In this document: one piece after another, positions 58,543 to 64,000 of the stretch
Layout: each line of letters opens with the position of its first letter
Numbering within the stretch: the first letter of the stretch is position 1
Source of the DNA: a virus
Taxonomy: Duplodnaviria; Heunggongvirae; Uroviricota; Caudoviricetes
Strand: one strand, 5' to 3'
Length of the DNA: 64,000 bases
IMG/VR virus record: IMGVR_UViG_3300033405_000002
Coordinates: 1 to 64,000 of that record
The notes under the pieces: model-generated
The model's input: the letters and a program-made list of their open reading frames with translations, nothing else
Databases searched by the model: none
What the model was told of the DNA's origin: nothing
Position numbers and translations under genes: made by a program

Positions 58543-61500
58543 TTATACGGTAATCTGCTGCACATTCGAGTAAGCGGACGGCCCGTCCGGTCCAACGGCC
58601 TGCACCCTGAAGTAGTAGGTCAGCCCTGTGGTGATCGGCGAGATGATGCTTTGGATGCTTCCAGCGCCGATAGTCTGGAAATTCTGGAACTCTTGACGGA
58701 TGAAAATGTTCAGGGCGTGCCCCGCCTGCGCACCGTTGAACTGGTAAAGCCCAGATTGGGTAACGCTGTATTGTCCGCTGTTCACAATGTTCGACGTCGT
58801 TGGAACCAATTGCACGCCAGCGGTGATGTCGAACACACCTTCGTCCGCCGTGAAGTATTCCGCTGCCGGAACTTGGTACGAGTAAGGGGCGATAGATGGC
58901 ACGATCACAGCCGCGAGCGTGGTTCCAAGCGCGTACTGCACAATGTAAGACGTGATGAGATCGGGGCGCAACTGCTGCCATGATAGAGCGATGTTAGTCA
59001 CGCCCTGAACAATCACAGTCGTTGGCACTTGTAGCAGTGGCGGTGTAGGCCCGCCGGAGTAGGTGCTGTCAGGGTCGAACATGATTTCGCCCGTGTGGAC
59101 AAACTGGTTCTTCAGTTTGGACTTGTCCCACGTTCCGATGATTGTGTCGTTCGTCAAATCAATCAACGTCTCGTAGGTGCTGCCGGAATTCAACGATTCT
59201 GCCAAGCCAGTGTCGGATACGTTAAACGATGGGATGCTAACACCTAGCTCCAATGACGCGGTGAATTGTGTGCCGTTAGGCGTCACAGAAATCACATCTA
59301 CCGTGTAGCCGTTCAAAACAGACGCGGCGGCGCTGGTCAAGCCTGAAATTTTGATTGCATCTCCAGCTACGAAAGAGTTCTGTGCTGTAAAAGTAAGCTG
59401 ATAAGCTGGCGTACCTGAAGGGCCGGAATACTGAACGTTCGTAATCTGTGCAGTTTGGTTGGCAATCGTACCCAGCAATATTCTGCCGCTTGCGATGCTT
59501 CCCATGTTGTTCCAGCGCACGAATTGCACTTTGCTCGCGCCGTAGACAAGGTTCGATGCAACATCAAGTTCGAGCAGAGATGTAACTGCTAGAGTCGTTG
59601 TGTTGAGTTGCATGAGCAATGCACCCTCTTCACCGGAGAGCACCACCACGCGCTGGTTGCCGTTGCTCACTGTTGTCGTGATGCTTACGTCGAAAGCAAG
59701 TGTTGAATCAGCAAAGCTAAGTTCTGTGTAATCCGCAAGGATGATCTGCGTGTCCGGGTCATCCGTGTTGATGTTCGGGGCGCTGCTGTAACGCCAGATG
59801 TTGCCTTCGCTGTCAAGCACAAGCGTGTAATCCTGCTCTGTATGAACAGCGTCAAGAATGAACGCGCTGTTCGGGAGCAACAGTTTGCGCAGGAGCACGG
59901 CGGCAGGCGTGGCGGATGGGAACACCGCGTAAACCAGCACGCTCTGCGGCGAGATCACGATGTAGCGGTCGCTTCCATCCAAGACAGATGTGCGCTTCAC
60001 GCTTCTCAAGTTATTGAAAATAATGGAAATATCCAGCGGAGACCAAATCTGCGGCGTGTTGCGCAGTGAGATCGGCATGGACGAATACGCGATGCCTGTC
60101 GCGGCCCCGGCAAAATTCGGAAGTGCCGCGTCGTAAATCTGGAACGAAGTCGGTGAGAGCGATTGAGAACCGAAGTGCATGTTAAATGACTGTCCAAAAC
60201 CTGTCGGCAGGACAGTGAACGGTATACCGTTAAGGAACGCGGCGGCTCCGGTGAGACCCTCGAACCAAACAGACTGCCCAGCAACGAACGTGTTGTTCGC
60301 CGTGATCGTACCAACACCGTTGACGATAGAGATATTCGTCACAGGAGCAGACGCGCTGAAGACCGCACGAGACAACTGTAATGTGTCCGTGTTGTTCGCC
60401 GTGAAGACGTAGGCTGCAACTGGAATGTTGATCGTTGCTGTGACTGCTGGATTAACCCCATCATTGACTGTAATGCTAAACACCAACGTCTCGCCGTTGA
60501 TATTCACGCCGTTAGTTGCGATCTCCAAGAACGGGTGCGTGGTGCCCTTCGGAAGAGCCACAGTTGTGCCGCTAACCTGCGTCCACTGATACGTCGTGCT
60601 GTCATCCGGGTCGGTCACACCTTCATAAATCACAGGGAACTGCGTAGTTGGATCAGTGATTTGATCTGGCGTGATCGTGATCGTGGTGTTTCTGGCGACA
60701 TTTGTCGCGAGAGTATTTCCAGTGGTCCACTGTGGGCTTGGGAATGTAATCGTCGGATCGGCATTCTCAGGCACTAAAATGTTCACTTGCTGGAACTGGA
60801 ATTGGCTGATGGCGTCACCTGTAACCGAAGCTGAGTACGCAGAAAATCCGCCAAAGTAGACGCCAAAATCGCTACCGAATCCCGGCGAGAAATTGTTAAC
60901 AACGAGTGTGTTGGAGTTCGTGCCAGCGCTCAACGTCAGCACTTGGTCGTTCAACCACGACTCGAACGCCGTGCTTGTAGTTGGTGCGTTAGTGCTCACG
61001 AAATTGAAGCCCAATGGCGGCTCGATAAAACCTGTGCCAAGAGGGATCGGCGTGCTCAGCACGTTCGTGCCGTTGTAATACTGTTCTTGCAACTGTTCTT
61101 GCCCCGGATTTCCGATGTAGACATTCCATTGCGTTGCATCCCCAGATGCCGCAGGAGATGTCACAGTCATTAGGTAGCCTGCGGGGATAGTGTTGGCATA
61201 GATAGTGCTCGTGCTTCCAACGGTCTCGCCGACCTCGTTAAGATACGTGACGATGATCGAGAACCCCGTCTGACCGAAGCCGTAGTTGTAGTTGTAACCA
61301 AACCCTACAGTGCTTGGCGTCTGCTCCGGCAGTGATCCACCGGGAGTCACACCGACTGTTGGCGCTACAGGCGGGCCTAGAGTCACATCATAGAACATGA
61401 CCTGCTCGCCAGCAATCGGAACAATTGCACCCGCTGGTGCCGTGAAAGTTGCTGTCAACGTACCAGATGAGACTGTGACGTTGGTGATGTCGAGCGCGGG

Positions 61501-63957
61501 GTGCCGTTGAGTTACTAAGTCAGCGTAAAGGTCAATGACTGACAGACCAACCTGAAAAGCCTCTTCTGCGGGTCCAATCGCGGTGTTGACGTTTAATGTC
61601 GCTGTAGCGCCGCTGGAGTTCAACGTAACATCAGACAAGTTTGGATAATTCTCCGTCCAGATGTAGTCGAGCGGGTCAGTATCAGCGTCCGTAGATGCAG
61701 CAGCAGACAGTTGCAGATCGCCAGAGACCAACTGCGCCGCCATACCATCAAGGCTAGTCCCATAATTTGCGTGCGTAAACGCTGCGCTGAATTGGGTAGC
61801 GGACGCGGCTGTTACGGTCAACGTGACACCGTTTAAGAACTGATTCTCAGTCTGCACGAAATTGAACAACGCGATGCTTTGTCCCACTGTGAAGTCGTTC
61901 ATACAGTACACCGTGATGACGTTGTTCACAATGGTGATGCTGAAGATGTTGGTGAAGTTCGTTGAATAGAACGTCCCGTTACGCCACACGATAGCATCCA
62001 CTGGCGTAACGCTCGCGATAGGCGGCACATTGTAAAAGCTGGCGTACACCGGGAGAATAGCAGAAATGTAGCTGTAGCTTATGGCGATCTGTTGTCCTTG
62101 GTCTGCGATGTTGAACGTGTAGACGCCCGTGCTTTGGTCAACAGTGTATTGCCCTTGCTGTGGGTCTGTATCCACGGCTGTGAACGGCTTCAAGCTTGGG
62201 TAATACACCACCCCAGCATCTTCGAAGTAGTCCGTAAAGTTTGTGACCTGCACGGTGAACGGTGGGTTCGGCACGGTGACAGACGGAATCGAGTGAAGTT
62301 CCCCGGCTACAGGCGTAGGAATTTCATACTCAGCAACAACCGCCCAGAGTGACGTGTTATCAATTAGGGACTTGGTGCCACGGAGCCACGTAAAGTTGCG
62401 GTTATTGTAGAATCCCGGCACATTCGTGAGATTGAGTGTGATCGGATTTACTGAAGCCACTTCCAAGGGCCAAGCCGCCGCCGATGCCGCTGGAGGGATT
62501 GACACTGCGGTGAATGGTTCGAGCAGGTAAACCAGATTCACGCTGCCGTTCTGGGCGATAGCGAGAGTGCTTTGAACAAACGAACCGCCCGAAGTCGTGC
62601 CAAACGTCGGGTGGAATGTCCATGCGTTCTGCCCGTTTTTTACACCAAGCAAAACTGATCCTGTGATACCTTCTGGGTGATTTGACTGAGACCAATAGGT
62701 CTGACTGAGCCAACGGTTGCCGAACGCGTCACCGATAACAGTCAGGCGATTGTCCGAATAACGAGCCGAGAAAGTAGTGAGAACCTGCGGCACTTCATCC
62801 CAGCCTTGCCCGTTTAGACCGAACGAGTCGCCAAAGATCAACCCGAAGCCTTCGGCGGCATCGCCAAAGTAATTTCCAAAGTTGGAGCCGAAGCCCGAAA
62901 CCGGGAAGTTGTAACCAATCAAATTGATGGTGAACTGCTGGTCAGCCCCGGTGAAAACCTTCGGGTGAGACTGATAGTAAAGCTCCACACTCAAACCGTT
63001 CGTGAGCAAAGACACACCGTCGATCTGGTTGCCTGTGCGCGATGGGGAGCTTTCAAGAATGATTGCTGTTCCGGGAACGGCAATGTCCGTGCCTTGCGCC
63101 AACTCCACCGCGAGCAGGCTGTTGCCTACAGGAGACACGGATGGAAGCGCCGCACCGGGGTATCCGTTCGACGGAGTAATCGTTGGCTCTGTCGTTGTTG
63201 GGTAATTACCAAACGTGACGTTGGCGGTGACTTGTGTTGTCGTGGCTGTTGCTACCTGCACCAGCGCACCGTTCAAGAACTGCGCGTTAGTGAAGCCGTC
63301 CAGCAGCAACCACTGACCTTCAACAAACGGTTCCGTCATGGCTGGCGAAAGCGCCAAGGTCAACGTGCTGCTTAAAATGGTTACGCTGGCAACCGTCCCT
63401 ACTTGCAGCGCCGGATCGGTCAAAGACACCGCAACCAACGTATCGCCATTGTTTAGCACGGTGATGTCGTAGGCACTGCGGATGCGCGATCCCATAGCGC
63501 CAGTGATAACGGTAGGCCCAGTCAGAGTCATCGTGTTCACGTTGTAGGTGAACTTGATGAGATCGTTCAATTGTGGGTTGGACGTAGCGGGGCCCGTTGG
63601 CGTATCACGAGTGCCGATGATGTGAAGCAAGCCTGTCGCAGAATCAAATGCTACGGCTGGATCAAACGATGTGTTTGGCTGCGGGAAAACATAGGTCGCC
63701 ACAGGGACGGACTTTGGCGGTTGAGCGCCGAAGGATGCGCCGGGTCCGGGTGACGGGGGCACCGGATCGGATTGCAGGATGACGAAGGAATTGTAGAGCG
63801 CCCCAGTCGAAAACGCAGAGCCGAATCCAACGCCGAAGCCCGGATAGGTGCTTCGCACGTTGGAAACAATGTAGAGATTCAGGCCCGTCTCTACAAATTC
63901 GGCGTTACCTGTAGAGAGTTCCTTCCCCCACGAGGTCGTGTCTAGGGTTGTAATCAT
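58543..63957 (-). CDS. large multidomain virion (tail/baseplate-associated) protein with Ig/PKD-like, FN3-like and repeated beta modules
   Basis: 1804 aa; TDADTDPLDYIW and TDPDDSTTYQWTQVSG (PKD-like), LSW...YIVQY...YYFRVQAV (FN3-like), repeated F..GQ...L.GLT...LNG modules. Confidence 0.7.
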   Translation of the reverse strand: MITTLDTTSWGKELSTGNAEFVETGLNLYIVSNVRSTYPGFGVGFGSAFSTGALYNSFVILQSDPVPPSPGPGASFGAQPPKSVPVATYVFPQPNTSFDPAVAFDSATGLLHIIGTRDTPTGPATSNPQLNDLIKFTYNVNTMTLTGPTVITGAMGSRIRSAYDITVLNNGDTLVAVSLTDPALQVGTVASVTILSSTLTLALSPAMTEPFVEGQWLLLDGFTNAQFLNGALVQVATATTTQVTANVTFGNYPTTTEPTITPSNGYPGAALPSVSPVGNSLLAVELAQGTDIAVPGTAIILESSPSRTGNQIDGVSLLTNGLSVELYYQSHPKVFTGADQQFTINLIGYNFPVSGFGSNFGNYFGDAAEGFGLIFGDSFGLNGQGWDEVPQVLTTFSARYSDNRLTVIGDAFGNRWLSQTYWSQSNHPEGITGSVLLGVKNGQNAWTFHPTFGTTSGGSFVQSTLAIAQNGSVNLVYLLEPFTAVSIPPAASAAAWPLEVASVNPITLNLTNVPGFYNNRNFTWLRGTKSLIDNTSLWAVVAEYEIPTPVAGELHSIPSVTVPNPPFTVQVTNFTDYFEDAGVVYYPSLKPFTAVDTDPQQGQYTVDQSTGVYTFNIADQGQQIAISYSYISAILPVYASFYNVPPIASVTPVDAIVWRNGTFYSTNFTNIFSITIVNNVITVYCMNDFTVGQSIALFNFVQTENQFLNGVTLTVTAASATQFSAAFTHANYGTSLDGMAAQLVSGDLQLSAAASTDADTDPLDYIWTENYPNLSDVTLNSSGATATLNVNTAIGPAEEAFQVGLSVIDLYADLVTQRHPALDITNVTVSSGTLTATFTAPAGAIVPIAGEQVMFYDVTLGPPVAPTVGVTPGGSLPEQTPSTVGFGYNYNYGFGQTGFSIIVTYLNEVGETVGSTSTIYANTIPAGYLMTVTSPAASGDATQWNVYIGNPGQEQLQEQYYNGTNVLSTPIPLGTGFIEPPLGFNFVSTNAPTTSTAFESWLNDQVLTLSAGTNSNTLVVNNFSPGFGSDFGVYFGGFSAYSASVTGDAISQFQFQQVNILVPENADPTITFPSPQWTTGNTLATNVARNTTITITPDQITDPTTQFPVIYEGVTDPDDSTTYQWTQVSGTTVALPKGTTHPFLEIATNGVNINGETLVFSITVNDGVNPAVTATINIPVAAYVFTANNTDTLQLSRAVFSASAPVTNISIVNGVGTITANNTFVAGQSVWFEGLTGAAAFLNGIPFTVLPTGFGQSFNMHFGSQSLSPTSFQIYDAALPNFAGAATGIAYSSMPISLRNTPQIWSPLDISIIFNNLRSVKRTSVLDGSDRYIVISPQSVLVYAVFPSATPAAVLLRKLLLPNSAFILDAVHTEQDYTLVLDSEGNIWRYSSAPNINTDDPDTQIILADYTELSFADSTLAFDVSITTTVSNGNQRVVVLSGEEGALLMQLNTTTLAVTSLLELDVASNLVYGASKVQFVRWNNMGSIASGRILLGTIANQTAQITNVQYSGPSGTPAYQLTFTAQNSFVAGDAIKISGLTSAAASVLNGYTVDVISVTPNGTQFTASLELGVSIPSFNVSDTGLAESLNSGSTYETLIDLTNDTIIGTWDKSKLKNQFVHTGEIMFDPDSTYSGGPTPPLLQVPTTVIVQGVTNIALSWQQLRPDLITSYIVQYALGTTLAAVIVPSIAPYSYQVPAAEYFTADEGVFDITAGVQLVPTTSNIVNSGQYSVTQSGLYQFNGAQAGHALNIFIRQEFQNFQTIGAGSIQSIISPITTGLTYYFRVQAVGPDGPSAYSNVQQITV

Positions 63958-64000
63958 TTCTCATCGCCAGCCTTCACCAATTACATGTTTTGAGAGCCAG

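Noticed and set aside
1-64000. Stop-codon reassignment (alternative genetic code)
   Set aside because: Known enzymes are full length in the standard code, and TAA, TAG and TGA all terminate tightly coupled genes

Overview
This window looks like 64 kb of a large, probably jumbo, dsDNA bacteriophage genome. Genes are tightly tiled, mostly on the minus strand, with many ATGA/TAATG overlaps and standard stop codons. Two plus-strand islands are present: Thr/Ser/Gly-rich virion-type proteins at 22.4-33.6 kb and an apparently early operon at 38.6-41.6 kb. Recognisable RNA and translation genes are a histidine phosphatase, CCA-adding enzyme, Rnl1-like and Rnl5/DRB0094-like RNA ligases, Pnkp, peptide deformylase, a NusG paralog and Ro60/TROVE. 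Recognisable DNA-metabolism genes are an SNF2 helicase, Ogt, DnaX, a C-terminal-half Rad50/SbcC ATPase, and HNH and GIY-YIG endonucleases. A SLOG protein, SGNH hydrolase, DUF5715-like peptidase, Flp pilin and thioredoxin are also present. The style of the Flp pilin tentatively suggests an Acidobacteriota host (inference). The most striking signal is a dispersed array of at least 4, possibly 6, Y-RNA-like ncRNAs around the Ro60 gene. They share a covarying bulged-C stem (C-GGUG...GUUCC) but carry different apical cargo, including tRNA-like arms and anticodon-like loops, and they sit next to an RNA end-repair toolkit. Other sequence-level observations are two promoter classes (one with IHF-like sites, one often leaderless), a GIY-YIG gene scrambled by an 83-bp microinversion, and several catalytically degenerate enzyme folds. 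All calls come from motif reading by eye; no database searches were run.
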